Assembly: GCA_034436775.1 (NCBI GenBank)
Contig: DAOTVI010000061.1
Coordinates: forward strand, 125-64,124
Direction: 5' to 3'
Source of the DNA: Anaerolineae bacterium
Lineage (GTDB): Bacteria > Chloroflexota > Anaerolineae > 4572-78 > NAK82
Length of the DNA stretch: 64,000 nt
Below, piece by piece: positions 38,672 to 47,637 of the stretch (positions are counted from its first letter, which is position 1; each line of letters starts with the position of its first letter). A program made the translations under genes and the position numbers. The notes under the pieces were generated by a model, which saw only the letters and a program-made list of their open reading frames with translations, was not told where the DNA came from and ran no database searches.

Positions 38672-39514
38672 ATGCAACTCAGCTGCTTGCCGGTCTCATT
38701 CTTCTCCGATATCATTGCCGGCCGTATGACGGTCAGCGAATGGGCCCGGATGGGGGCTGCGTTGGGGCTGAATGGCATTGACTTGAGCATCCTGTTCGTT
38801 CCGGATCGTTCTCCACAAGCCGTCAAAGCGATGCGCCGCGACATCGAAGCGGCCGGCATCCAGGTGGTCATGGTGACCAGCTACCCCGATTTCACCCACC
38901 CTGATGCCGCCCAACGCGCGCGGGAGTTAGACCTGGAGGTGGAGGTTTTCCGCGTCGCCGCCGATCTGGGCGCCAAGTATGTGCGTGTCACAGATGGCCA
39001 GGCACATCCCGAAACAGGGCGCGCCGAGGGGATCGTATGGGCAGTGGAAGGGCTCAGCCGACTGGTCGAGCGCGTGCGCGACAGCGGGGTCATCCCTGTC
39101 TTTGAGAATCACGCCAAGCCGGGAGCCTGGCAATACACCGATTTTTCTCAATCACCTGACATCTTCCTGGAGATCGTGCGTCAGACAGAAGGGATCGGGC
39201 TGGGCATCAATTTCGACACCGGCAATGCCGCTGCCTATGCAGACGATCCGCTTGCGCTGCTGAACGCAGTGCTCCACCGTGTTGTCACCGTACACGCAGC
39301 CGACACTGCGGTGAAAGGCGAATTGCGACATGTCTTGCTCGGCACGGGTGTCACCCCGTTCCTGGAGCTGTTTGAACACTTGGTGCGCTTCGGGTGGGAT
39401 GGCTGGATCTGCATGGAAGAAGCTTCCTACCAGGGGCGCGAAGGGATAGAGAAAGCCGCGCGCTTTGTGCGCCAGACATGGGAGGAGGCAAAACGGCGTG
39501 CGGCAAGGGGCTAA
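38672..39514 (+). CDS. Sugar phosphate isomerase/epimerase (xylose isomerase-like TIM barrel)
   Basis: 280 aa. Pattern of the AP endonuclease 2/xylose isomerase-like TIM barrel (GLNGIDL..., VRV..G, ENH, FDTGN). Confidence 0.7.
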   Translation: MQLSCLPVSFFSDIIAGRMTVSEWARMGAALGLNGIDLSILFVPDRSPQAVKAMRRDIEAAGIQVVMVTSYPDFTHPDAAQRARELDLEVEVFRVAADLGAKYVRVTDGQAHPETGRAEGIVWAVEGLSRLVERVRDSGVIPVFENHAKPGAWQYTDFSQSPDIFLEIVRQTEGIGLGINFDTGNAAAYADDPLALLNAVLHRVVTVHAADTAVKGELRHVLLGTGVTPFLELFEHLVRFGWDGWICMEEASYQGREGIEKAARFVRQTWEEAKRRAARG

Positions 39515-39547
39515 CCAGGCAGATCCCTTGGGGTGTAAGCCGCTCGG

Positions 39548-41467
39548 TTATGTGTCCGCGCGAGGAGATGTTGGCGCAACGGGAGGACATTGCCATCCGG
39601 CAGTGAGGCCGGTGCGGCGCATCTCGGCAAATGTGCGGAGTATGCCGCAGCCATGACAGACGTGACGACAATCCACCTTGACTTCGCCGCGCAGAGCCGC
39701 TTGCCAGTCCGCCCACAGCCAGGCCCGTGAAACCCCTGTCTCGATGTGATCCCAGGGGAAGACCTCGTCCGCATCCCGGGGTCGCGTGGCATACCAATGC
39801 ATATCCAGGTTGTGCGTGCGGAATGCAGCCTCCCAGATTTCGGGCTTGAAGTGTTCGTGCCACGCATCGAAGCGACAGCCGTTTTGCCACGCCGTCAAGA
39901 TCGCCCGGCCGACCCGCCGATCGCCACGCGTCAGGGCCGCTTCGAGCAAGGACTCTTGCGGGTCGTTCCAATTGTAGATGATCCCTCGAGTGTGACCGAA
40001 GGCCTGGCGCAGCAACCTTTGTTTGTGCCGGATGAGATCAGGGGGATCCAACGCAGCCCATTGAAAGGGAGTGTGTGGCTGAGGGACGAACGTGCTGACA
40101 CTCACGCGCACTTGAGCCTTGTTGCGATGATATTTTCGCCCGACATCGAGCACCGCCCGGGCCAGATGGGCGATGGCGAGCACATCCTCTTCGGTCTCGG
40201 TAGGTTGCCCGATCATAAAATACAGCTTGATCTGTCGCCAGCCACGGCGATATACTGCGTCCACCAATTCAAGCAGCTCCTGCGAGGGGATCGGTTTGTT
40301 GATCACCTCGCGCAGGCGGTCGCTGGCCGCTTCGGGAGCGAAGGTGAAACCGGTGCGGCGCCCCTGGGTCAACAGGTCAACCATCTCGACCGTGACACTT
40401 TCCACTCGCGAGCTGGGCAGCGAGAGCGAAACGTGCTGCGCACGCGTACTTTCTAACAACGTGCGGACGAGCGTTTCAATGGCGCGATAATCTGTGCTCG
40501 AGAGGCTGAGCAGACCGATTTCACTGTGACCGGTGTGTCGGACGATCTCCTGCGCCGCCTCGACGATCTCCGCTACGGGGCGCTCGCGTACCGGACGATA
40601 GACGACTCCTGCCTGGCAAAACCGGCAGCCACGTGTGCAGCCCCGCTGGATTTCCACAGCAGCACGGTCGAACACGATATCCAGATAGGGCACCACAAAT
40701 CGCGTGACCGGCTTGGGCAGAACGGGGACGATGCGCCTGACAATTTTCTGCGGTGCCTCGGCGCAGATCGGCTCAATCGCTTCCAGTCTTCCGTCCGGGG
40801 CATAGCGTGGCTGATAGAAGCGTGGCACATACACGCCAGGGATCTGGGCAAAGCGGCGCAACTGGGTCTCGCGATCGGCGTTTCGCACTTCGCGAAATGC
40901 CTCCACAATTTCCAGGATGACCTCTTCCCCCTCGCCGATGACGAAGAAATCGATGAACTCGGCTAAGGGTTCTGGGTTGTACGCAGCACATCCCCCTGCC
41001 ATCACCAACGGATAACGTGCATCACGCGCAGCGCTCAACAGCGGCAGCCCGCCCAGCTGGAGCAGTGTCAACGTGTTGGTATAGAGCTGAGGATACGGCA
41101 GGCTGATACCGATCAGATCGAAATCAGCAAGTGCATGGCGGCTTTCCAACGAATAGAGCGGAATCCCCGCACGGAGCAGCGCCTGCTCCATGTCTGGCCA
41201 AGGTGTATAGACGCGCTCAGCCAGGACATCCGGGCGCCGGTTGAGAATGTCGTATAGGATCGCCAGGCCCAGGTTGCTCATCCCCAGCTCGTAAATATCC
41301 GGGAACGCCAGGGCCACTTTGACGTCCACCTGTTGCCAGTCCTTGGTGACGCTGTTATATTCGCCCCCAACATAACGCGCCGGCTTCTCAACCTCAGGGA
41401 GAATGGCGTCCAACTCGCGTTCGTCCACAACCATAGGCTTGGGAACCAATCTGATTTTATTTCTCAT
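39548..41467 (-). CDS. Radical SAM protein with B12-binding-like N-terminal domain (TIGR03960-like)
   Basis: 639 aa. VEKPARYVGGEYNS N-terminus and CTRGCRFCQAG radical SAM cluster motif. Confidence 0.8.
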   Translation of the reverse strand: MRNKIRLVPKPMVVDERELDAILPEVEKPARYVGGEYNSVTKDWQQVDVKVALAFPDIYELGMSNLGLAILYDILNRRPDVLAERVYTPWPDMEQALLRAGIPLYSLESRHALADFDLIGISLPYPQLYTNTLTLLQLGGLPLLSAARDARYPLVMAGGCAAYNPEPLAEFIDFFVIGEGEEVILEIVEAFREVRNADRETQLRRFAQIPGVYVPRFYQPRYAPDGRLEAIEPICAEAPQKIVRRIVPVLPKPVTRFVVPYLDIVFDRAAVEIQRGCTRGCRFCQAGVVYRPVRERPVAEIVEAAQEIVRHTGHSEIGLLSLSSTDYRAIETLVRTLLESTRAQHVSLSLPSSRVESVTVEMVDLLTQGRRTGFTFAPEAASDRLREVINKPIPSQELLELVDAVYRRGWRQIKLYFMIGQPTETEEDVLAIAHLARAVLDVGRKYHRNKAQVRVSVSTFVPQPHTPFQWAALDPPDLIRHKQRLLRQAFGHTRGIIYNWNDPQESLLEAALTRGDRRVGRAILTAWQNGCRFDAWHEHFKPEIWEAAFRTHNLDMHWYATRPRDADEVFPWDHIETGVSRAWLWADWQAALRGEVKVDCRHVCHGCGILRTFAEMRRTGLTAGWQCPPVAPTSPRADT

Positions 41468-41518
41468 ATATCATCATAACATTACTGCTGTATTGTGCCA
41501 ACTTGAGCGGGGCGTTTG

Positions 41519-42088
41519 TCACGGCAGGTACAAGCTAGGATCGACCAGCTCACTGCCCAGGCGAATCTCAAAATGGAGATGAGGGCCGGTGGAGAAACCG
41601 GTGTTGCCCATCAGCCCCAACACTGTTCCGCCAGATACCCATTGACCATTTGACACACTGGGGGCTTGTTGAAGGTGCGCATAAAGGGTTTGGTATTCGC
41701 CGTGGTCGAGCACCACCATGTAGCCGTAGCCGCGATCACTCCAGCCGGCGAAGCGCACGATGCCTCCCGCCACAGCGCGTACCGGAACACCTTCATCGTT
41801 GGCGATGTCCAGCCCCTTGTGGCAAAACCAGTAGCTCTGCGTAACTGTGCCATCAGCAGGACGCTGGCTGAGGATTGGCGGACTGGACGCAGGAGTTCCC
41901 TCGCCGGCATAGCTGCGAAATGTCTCAGCACTTACCTGGCCACAGCCGAACTGCAGCGCTTCCGCGATACCGTAGAAGACGGTGTACAAATTGCGCCCCA
42001 GGATGAAAGCAGCACCGATCACGGCTATGGCGATCAAAGCAATGAGCAAAGCATATTCTACCAGCCCTTGTCCTCGACGATTTTTCAC
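41519..42088 (-). CDS. M23 family metallopeptidase with Flp-pilin-like N-terminus
   Basis: 189 aa. N-terminal RRGQGLVEYALLIALIAIAVIGAAFILG (Flp/Fap prepilin pattern). C-terminal HKGLDIA...YAHL...GNTGFSTGPHLHFE (LytM/M23 zinc motifs). Confidence 0.75.
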   Translation of the reverse strand: MKNRRGQGLVEYALLIALIAIAVIGAAFILGRNLYTVFYGIAEALQFGCGQVSAETFRSYAGEGTPASSPPILSQRPADGTVTQSYWFCHKGLDIANDEGVPVRAVAGGIVRFAGWSDRGYGYMVVLDHGEYQTLYAHLQQAPSVSNGQWVSGGTVLGLMGNTGFSTGPHLHFEIRLGSELVDPSLYLP

Positions 42089-42244
42089 GATGGCACCTCA
42101 ACTTTCGCGGCCTCCCGAGCTATGAGGCACATACCCGGACCGGGTCGCGCACAACGGCCGATCATCCGCTTTGACGTCTGACACCTCGGCAAGGACGACC
42201 GTCTACGTGACACAGGATAAGAGCTTGTCGCTCCGAAATCAAGT

Positions 42245-43378
42245 CTAGAGCATCTGGCGGTATGCATCCAGTGTGGCAGCAGCGGTATGCTTCCAGGTGA
42301 AGGTGGCGGCACGCGCCAATCCTCGACGACGCATCTCCTCACGCAACCCTTCATCCACGCATAGTGCGATGATGGCAGCACCCATGCTGCGCGTATCCTC
42401 TGGGGATACCTGGAAGGCAGCATCACCGGCCAGCTCAGGAAGCGAGCTGGTGTTGCTGGTGACTACAGGGGTGCCACATGCCATCGCCTCCAGGATGGGC
42501 AGGCCGAAGCCTTCATAGCGTGAGGGGTAGACAAACACGCTCGCAGCGCTGTACACCGCCGGCTTGTCCTCCTCGGCGATGAAACCGGGATACAACACGG
42601 CCGTGGCGATTTCCAGCTCTCTGGCGATGCGACGTGGATCGGGGAAGAGAGGGGTGTCCCGCTCCGGCAATCTGCCGGCCATCACCAGGGGATACGTATC
42701 ACCCAGGGCGTGCACCACCCATGTGTAGGCATGCAGCAATGCGGCTGCGTTCTTACGCACATCAAAGCCAGAAAGCCATAACACGAAACGTTCGGGAAGA
42801 TGATATTTCTCGCGCACCGCACTTAGGACAGCGACATCGTTGACCGGGCGGTAATAGGGTGCTGCTGCTAGATAGATAACGCGCACCCGGTCGTGCGGAA
42901 TATGCAGATGCTCTTGGATATCTCGGCGGCTGGCCTGTGAATCGGTCAAGATGAGGTGAGCACGATGCGCTGCCGTGGCAACCAATGCGGTGTACAGGCG
43001 CACCAGCGGCCCCCCGCGGTATGCCGGCAACACCAACGGGATCAGGTCATGGATGGTGACCAGGGTCGGCTGGAGAGGATGCAAGGGCGGTGCAAAGTAG
43101 GGAATATGGACCAGATCAACCTGCCGTTGGGCACAGAGACGAGGAAACGTGACTTGTTCGAACCATACTTTGCCGAGATGGCCACGAGGCGATGGTGCTG
43201 CTATCACCTGTACACGCGGGAACCAGGTTGGGGCATGATCCGCCGCCCAATGGGGCAGCACCAGCAGGATCTCAAGCGACTCGTCTGCCTCGAGCAATGC
43301 AGGCACCAGATGGCGCACCATCTGGCCACTGCCGGTGGTCGGTTGATCCCAGAACCAGCCACTTATCGCAATCCGCAT
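42245..43378 (-). CDS. Glycosyltransferase family 4 (GT-B, RfaB-like)
   Basis: 377 aa. C-terminal PSRYEGFGLPILEAMACGTPVV motif. Confidence 0.8.
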   Translation of the reverse strand: MRIAISGWFWDQPTTGSGQMVRHLVPALLEADESLEILLVLPHWAADHAPTWFPRVQVIAAPSPRGHLGKVWFEQVTFPRLCAQRQVDLVHIPYFAPPLHPLQPTLVTIHDLIPLVLPAYRGGPLVRLYTALVATAAHRAHLILTDSQASRRDIQEHLHIPHDRVRVIYLAAAPYYRPVNDVAVLSAVREKYHLPERFVLWLSGFDVRKNAAALLHAYTWVVHALGDTYPLVMAGRLPERDTPLFPDPRRIARELEIATAVLYPGFIAEEDKPAVYSAASVFVYPSRYEGFGLPILEAMACGTPVVTSNTSSLPELAGDAAFQVSPEDTRSMGAAIIALCVDEGLREEMRRRGLARAATFTWKHTAAATLDAYRQML

Positions 43379-43600
43379 AACAGGTGTTGGGCCGGATTAT
43401 CGATTTCTCTGAGGTCGATCACCTCTTTCATCTTAACACTTCCCTCATGGCGCAGTCAAAGGAAGGCGTCAAGGATTGGCTTAGGATTGCCGCGACGCTG
43501 AAGAATGGGATCTTCATCTCCTACTGTGAACAGAGAGTCGACCAGCCTGGTACTCAATTTGACTGCACCAAAGAACTGATTAGAATATAGAGTTGAATAT

Positions 43601-43673
43601 GGCCCATTCGTCTAGAGGCCTAGGACGCGGCCCTCTCAAGGCTGAAACAGGGGTTCGAATCCCCTATGGGCCA
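43601..43673 (+). tRNA. tRNA-Glu (anticodon CTC)
   Basis: Hand-folded cloverleaf. Acceptor GGCCCAT/ATGGGCC, D arm GTC-TAGAGGCCTAG-GAC, anticodon stem CGGCC/GGCTG with loop CTCTCAA, T arm AGGGG-TTCGAAT-CCCCT. 73 nt, CCA not encoded. Confidence 0.85.
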
Positions 43674-43717
43674 TCACGGGTGCTACCAAGTTTTCCTGAT
43701 GGGTAGCACCCTTTCTG

Positions 43718-44308
43718 TTATCTCGGACGACGCGGCGGGGGCACTTCGTGGCAGCGACGACAGCGTGCCTGGTAGACTTCGCTGGCGCCCACCAGGATTT
43801 GAGGATCATCGTAGTTGGCCGGCACGCCATTGATAAGGCGTTGTGTGCGGCTGGCTGGGGCTCCGCACACTGCACAAATCGCTTGCAGCTTGTCCACCAT
43901 CTCAGCCTGGGCCATCAACACCGGCATGGGGCCGAAAGGCTCGCCACGAAAATCCATGTCAAGGCCGGCCACTATGACACGTTTGCCCTTTTGGGCCAGT
44001 TGTTCACACACTTCCACAACCGCCCAATCGAAAAACTGGGCTTCATCAATGGCCACTACATCGGTGTTGTCCCGTACCAGTTCCAGGATCTCAGCCGCAG
44101 AGTGGACCGCTATTGCATCCCACTGCAGCCCGTCGTGCGAGCTGACCCGTTCGGTCGCATAGCGGTCGTCAAGGAGGGGCTTGAAAACCTGTACGCGCTG
44201 GCGTGCGATGACAGCACGTTTCACCCGGCGGATCAGTTCTTCGGTTTTTCCGCTGAACATGCTGCCGCAGATCACTTCAATCCAGCCACCCTCGTAGCGA
44301 TGGTACAT
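43718..44308 (-). CDS. tdk: Thymidine kinase
   Basis: ORF 43718..44389. Start ATG 44308 (GGAGG upstream). [15 protein letters not shown]-loop and a C-terminal CAVCG...CRRCH zinc ribbon. Confidence 0.9.
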   Translation of the reverse strand: MYHRYEGGWIEVICGSMFSGKTEELIRRVKRAVIARQRVQVFKPLLDDRYATERVSSHDGLQWDAIAVHSAAEILELVRDNTDVVAIDEAQFFDWAVVEVCEQLAQKGKRVIVAGLDMDFRGEPFGPMPVLMAQAEMVDKLQAICAVCGAPASRTQRLINGVPANYDDPQILVGASEVYQARCRRCHEVPPPRRPR

Positions 44309-44392
44309 GCCTGTCCTCCAAACACAAAGGGCAGATATTGACATCTGCCCTTTGAGATACTCGCCTATTCCATTTCCCGTCCGACACACTGC

Positions 44393-44860
44393 TTATTCGG
44401 TGGTTAGACCGAGCATCTGCAGGCGTTCCTTGATCTCACGGATGGAACGAGCGCTCAACCCTTCGATGGACTGTAATGCTGCGTCGCCTTCTTCCATCTT
44501 TTTCAACAAATCGCCGATGGTGACCATGCCGGCGTCCACTAACACCTTATGCACGCGGTCACCCAGGTCCAAGGCTTCGATCTGTTGCCGGAGCAAGGCC
44601 TCGCGCCGCTTGCGTAGCGCCAGCTCAAGGCGTGCTTTCTCCTCCGCCTCATGCAAATTGCGCTGTTTCACGCGCTTGTGATAGCGGTCTACCTGACCGG
44701 CGGTGTCAATAATGCGTTGTTCGCCGGTGAAAAAGGGGTGGCAGTTTGAGCAGACGTCCGTACGAATCAGCTCGACCGTGGAACCCGTCGTCCACGTCGC
44801 TCCGCAGCTACACACCACCTTAGCATTCGGATAGTACTTGGGGTGAATACCTTCTTTCAT
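44393..44860 (-). CDS. rpmE: 50S ribosomal protein L31 (type A) with C-terminal alpha-CTD-like helix-hairpin-helix extension
   Basis: Residues 1-65: MKEGIHPKYY...CSCG...CSNCHPFFTG is canonical zinc-binding L31. Residues from about 85 to 155: LDLGDRVHKVLVDAGMVTIGDLL...IEGLSARSIREIKERLQMLGL follows the RpoA C-terminal domain pattern. Confidence 0.85.
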   Translation of the reverse strand: MKEGIHPKYYPNAKVVCSCGATWTTGSTVELIRTDVCSNCHPFFTGEQRIIDTAGQVDRYHKRVKQRNLHEAEEKARLELALRKRREALLRQQIEALDLGDRVHKVLVDAGMVTIGDLLKKMEEGDAALQSIEGLSARSIREIKERLQMLGLTTE

Positions 44861-44922
44861 AAGGACCTAATGTGCCTTTCGCAGATCAGAAAAAGATTTG
44901 CCGGGATCAAACCGCCAGATAT

Positions 44923-45180
44923 CTATTGCAAAGGATAGACGCTCACGCGTCTCCTGTCACCGCGTACAGTCTCGAAGCGGACAACACCATCGATGATGGC
45001 AAACAGGGTGTGATCCTTGCCCACACCTACATTGGCGCCGGGTTGAAACTTGGTGCCGCGTTGTCGCACCAAAATGTTCCCAGCGCGCACCTGTTGTCCA
45101 CCAAATATCTTAACTCCTAGTCGCTTCGACGCGCTGTCACGGCCGTTGCGGCTGGAACCACCACCTTTCTTGTGCGCCAT
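44923..45180 (-). CDS. rpmA: 50S ribosomal protein L27
   Basis: [16 protein letters not shown]... is canonical L27 with no N-terminal propeptide. Confidence 0.9.
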   Translation of the reverse strand: MAHKKGGGSSRNGRDSASKRLGVKIFGGQQVRAGNILVRQRGTKFQPGANVGVGKDHTLFAIIDGVVRFETVRGDRRRVSVYPLQ

Positions 45181-45235
45181 TCGTTATACCTCCTCTACCA
45201 TCGTTGATGTACCTTCGTTGATGGAACCTGCCTGC

Positions 45236-45547
45236 TCAATGCACGATCTTCTCGATGCGCAATCGCGAGAAGACCTGCCGGTGCCCTTGACGACGGCGAT
45301 AACGCTGTTTGGGCCGATATTTCCATACTAGCAGCTTTTCGCCTTTTTCGAGTGCTTCTACACGGGCAATCACCTTCGCCCCCTGTACTAAGGGACGACC
45401 CACTTTTACGCCTGAGTCATGGGCCAGGAGCAGCACCTTTTCGATTTCGACGTGAGCACCCACCGGGTGCGGCATGAGATCAACCTGGATCACATCCCCC
45501 TCACTTACGCGATACTGTTTACTACCAGTCTCGATAATTGCGTACAT
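45236..45547 (-). CDS. rplU: 50S ribosomal protein L21
   Basis: ORF 45236..45571. Start ATG 45547 (GGGAGG upstream). [14 protein letters not shown] is a canonical L21 N-terminus. Confidence 0.9.
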   Translation of the reverse strand: MYAIIETGSKQYRVSEGDVIQVDLMPHPVGAHVEIEKVLLLAHDSGVKVGRPLVQGAKVIARVEALEKGEKLLVWKYRPKQRYRRRQGHRQVFSRLRIEKIVH

Positions 45548-45655
45548 CCGTGCCTCCCAAAGATAGCTCAACGCCGCGTATGCATAGGGTTCGATTCTCG
45601 CAAACTCTTATTATACCCTGGGGTAGAAGAGGAGTCAAATTATCGTAGTGAGGGT

Positions 45656-45734
45656 GTTGAAAAAGTCCCTGGACCGCTCATATTTTTGTAGGAAAATGGG
45701 CCAATAAAGTGGGTAACTAAAAACTTTTTTCAAC
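45656..45734. repeat. Copy B of the conserved intergenic element of about 77 nt
   Basis: GTTGAAAAAGTCC...TTTTTGTAGGAAAATGGGCCAATAAAGTGGGTAACTAAAAACTTTTTTCAAC, in the rplU / modE-like divergent intergenic region. Confidence 0.5.
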
Positions 45735-45963
45735 AACCTCCGTTATAGCACCCTCTGAGAACAGCCAAGAGGCAAGAAATGTCACGATCTATCGGAAGGG
45801 CTCTTCGTCCGCGCCACTTCCCACAACGTGAGATTGATCACGCCTCACTCAAACGATCATCCCACATCATTGCACCCTCTTTTCCGGTGTATTATACTTC
45901 CCTACGGAAGTCACTTCCTGACAACTGCACAATCGGAAACAGCTGTAGAAGTCCCACAAACCT

Positions 45964-46386
45964 ATGGGTACGCAAAGCGGGGGGAGTTTGCAAGCCAAAG
46001 CGAATGTGTGGATCGAACGGCACGGTCAGGTGGCGCTCAGCCGTTGGCGCGTCGCTTTGTTATTGGCTGTGCAGGAAACCGGATCCATCTCTGCCGCTGC
46101 CCAGCGCCTGAATATTCCCTATCATCGCGCCTGGGACAAGATACGGGAATGCGAACACTGTCTGGGCGTCTCGCTGCTGATCACTCAAACAGGTGGTGTG
46201 GGGGGTGGCGGAGCGCGTTTGACACCTGCTGCCATTGACTACATACAGCGTTTTCAGCAGTTTGAGCGCGGTCTGGACGAGCTGATCCAACAGCGCTTCC
46301 AGGCAGCTTTTGGTGACCTGCTATCTCAATCGGACGAATCGTCTGTTCTCGGGAGAGAGACGTGCGCGAATCACCCTACCCAATGA
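45964..46386 (+). CDS. ModE N-terminal-domain-like winged-helix regulator (no Mop domains)
   Basis: 140 aa. LLLAVQETGSISAAAQRLNIPYHRAWDKI...TGGVGGGGARLT closely follows the ModE DNA-binding domain pattern. ATGA overlap with moeA. Confidence 0.7.
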   Translation: MGTQSGGSLQAKANVWIERHGQVALSRWRVALLLAVQETGSISAAAQRLNIPYHRAWDKIRECEHCLGVSLLITQTGGVGGGGARLTPAAIDYIQRFQQFERGLDELIQQRFQAAFGDLLSQSDESSVLGRETCANHPTQ

Positions 46387-47606
46387 TCTCCGTGGAGGCC
46401 GCTCTCCATATCATCTTGCAACATGTAGCCCCTCTACAGCCAGTGCGGATGCAGTTTGTAGATGCATGGGGTTTGGTGGTGGCGGAGGATGTATATGCTG
46501 CGGAGGCAATACCCCCCTTTGCTGCCTCTGCAGTGGACGGCTACGCCGTGATTGCCGCTGACCCATCCCCAGTACGCCGGATTATTGGAGCACAACCGGC
46601 TGGTGCGATGGGTACACTCACCGTCACGCCGGGCAGTGCGGTACACGTGATGACCGGCGCACCGCTCCCCGCTGGCGCCGACGCTGTGGTGATGATCGAA
46701 CACACCAGCTTGGAGGATGACGGTTACATCCGTCTCCACACTCAGCCTGCTGTGGGCGACAATGTGCGACCGATTGGACAGGACGTAGCAGCCGGCCAGC
46801 TGGTGCTCTCGCGCGGCACGGTGTTGGGCGCCGCCGAAGTTGGCTTGTTAGCAACGATTGGCAAGACCCACATTGCGGTTTATCCACGTCCGCGCGTGGC
46901 CGTCCTTTCTACAGGTGACGAGCTGGTTGATCCGCATGAGCCACTGAAACCCGGACAGATCCGCGATGCCAACCGCTATAGCTTACTGAGCGCCGTGCGC
47001 GAGGCAGGCGGTCAGCCGCTCGATTGGGGACGCATCCCCGACCGGGCGGAAGCGGTGCACGAAGCGCTGGAAAGTGCCCTGCGCGAGGCGGATGCCGTGC
47101 TGACCTCAGGTGGGGTCAGTATGGGTGAGCTCGATCTGATCAAGCCCTATCTGGCCGAGCGGGGTACAGTCCATTTTGGCCGTGTGCGTGCCCGACCAGG
47201 CAAGCCGGTCACCTTTGCCACGGTGGACGGTGTGCCGGTGTTTGCTATGCCGGGCTTTCCGGTCAGTGCATTGGTGAGCTTCGAGGTTTATGTGCGTCCT
47301 GCCTTGCTCAAGATGGCCGGACACATTTATGTGCACCGCCCGCGTCAACGCGTCATTATCGAACATGCCATCCGGCACGAACCCGATCGTACTGAATTCC
47401 AGCGCGCCATAGTGACGCGGCGTGCCGATGGCCGCTATACTGCGCACACTACCGGTTATCAGGGCTCCGGCCGTCTGCTCTCTATGGTGGGTGCCAACGC
47501 ACTGTTGGTGCTGCCGGCCGAGCAAGAGATGTTTCCCGCCGGCAGCGAGCTCGAGGCGTGGCTTATCGCCCCCGTGCGCGAAGAGGAAACTCCGGCAAAC
47601 AGCTGA
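46383..47606 (+). CDS. moeA: Molybdopterin molybdenumtransferase
   Basis: ORF 46362..47606. Start ATG 46383 (MISVEAAL...). MoeA domains with SAVDGYAV, MTGAPLP, LSTGDEL and TSGGVSMGE motifs. Confidence 0.85.
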   Translation: MISVEAALHIILQHVAPLQPVRMQFVDAWGLVVAEDVYAAEAIPPFAASAVDGYAVIAADPSPVRRIIGAQPAGAMGTLTVTPGSAVHVMTGAPLPAGADAVVMIEHTSLEDDGYIRLHTQPAVGDNVRPIGQDVAAGQLVLSRGTVLGAAEVGLLATIGKTHIAVYPRPRVAVLSTGDELVDPHEPLKPGQIRDANRYSLLSAVREAGGQPLDWGRIPDRAEAVHEALESALREADAVLTSGGVSMGELDLIKPYLAERGTVHFGRVRARPGKPVTFATVDGVPVFAMPGFPVSALVSFEVYVRPALLKMAGHIYVHRPRQRVIIEHAIRHEPDRTEFQRAIVTRRADGRYTAHTTGYQGSGRLLSMVGANALLVLPAEQEMFPAGSELEAWLIAPVREEETPANS

Positions 47607-47637
47607 GCAATATACCTCAAAACGGGGACGGTTGGTG

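Noticed and set aside
39351-39971. A 206-aa minus-strand ORF overlapping the 3-prime ends of the TIM-barrel and radical SAM genes.
   Set aside because: It is an out-of-frame overlap with two well-supported genes, and its sequence is Arg/Ser/Pro-rich and low in complexity.
43384-43590. A 68-aa GTG-initiated ORF between the GT4 gene and tRNA-Glu.
   Set aside because: It has no RBS, no motif and atypical composition. It is most likely the promoter/leader region of the divergent gene and the tRNA.
45735-45963. A possible Moco riboswitch in the 230-nt leader of the modE-like/moeA operon.
   Set aside because: I could not identify the conserved Moco-motif core or a convincing multi-stem fold by eye, only short hairpins. 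It needs a cmsearch run before any claim.
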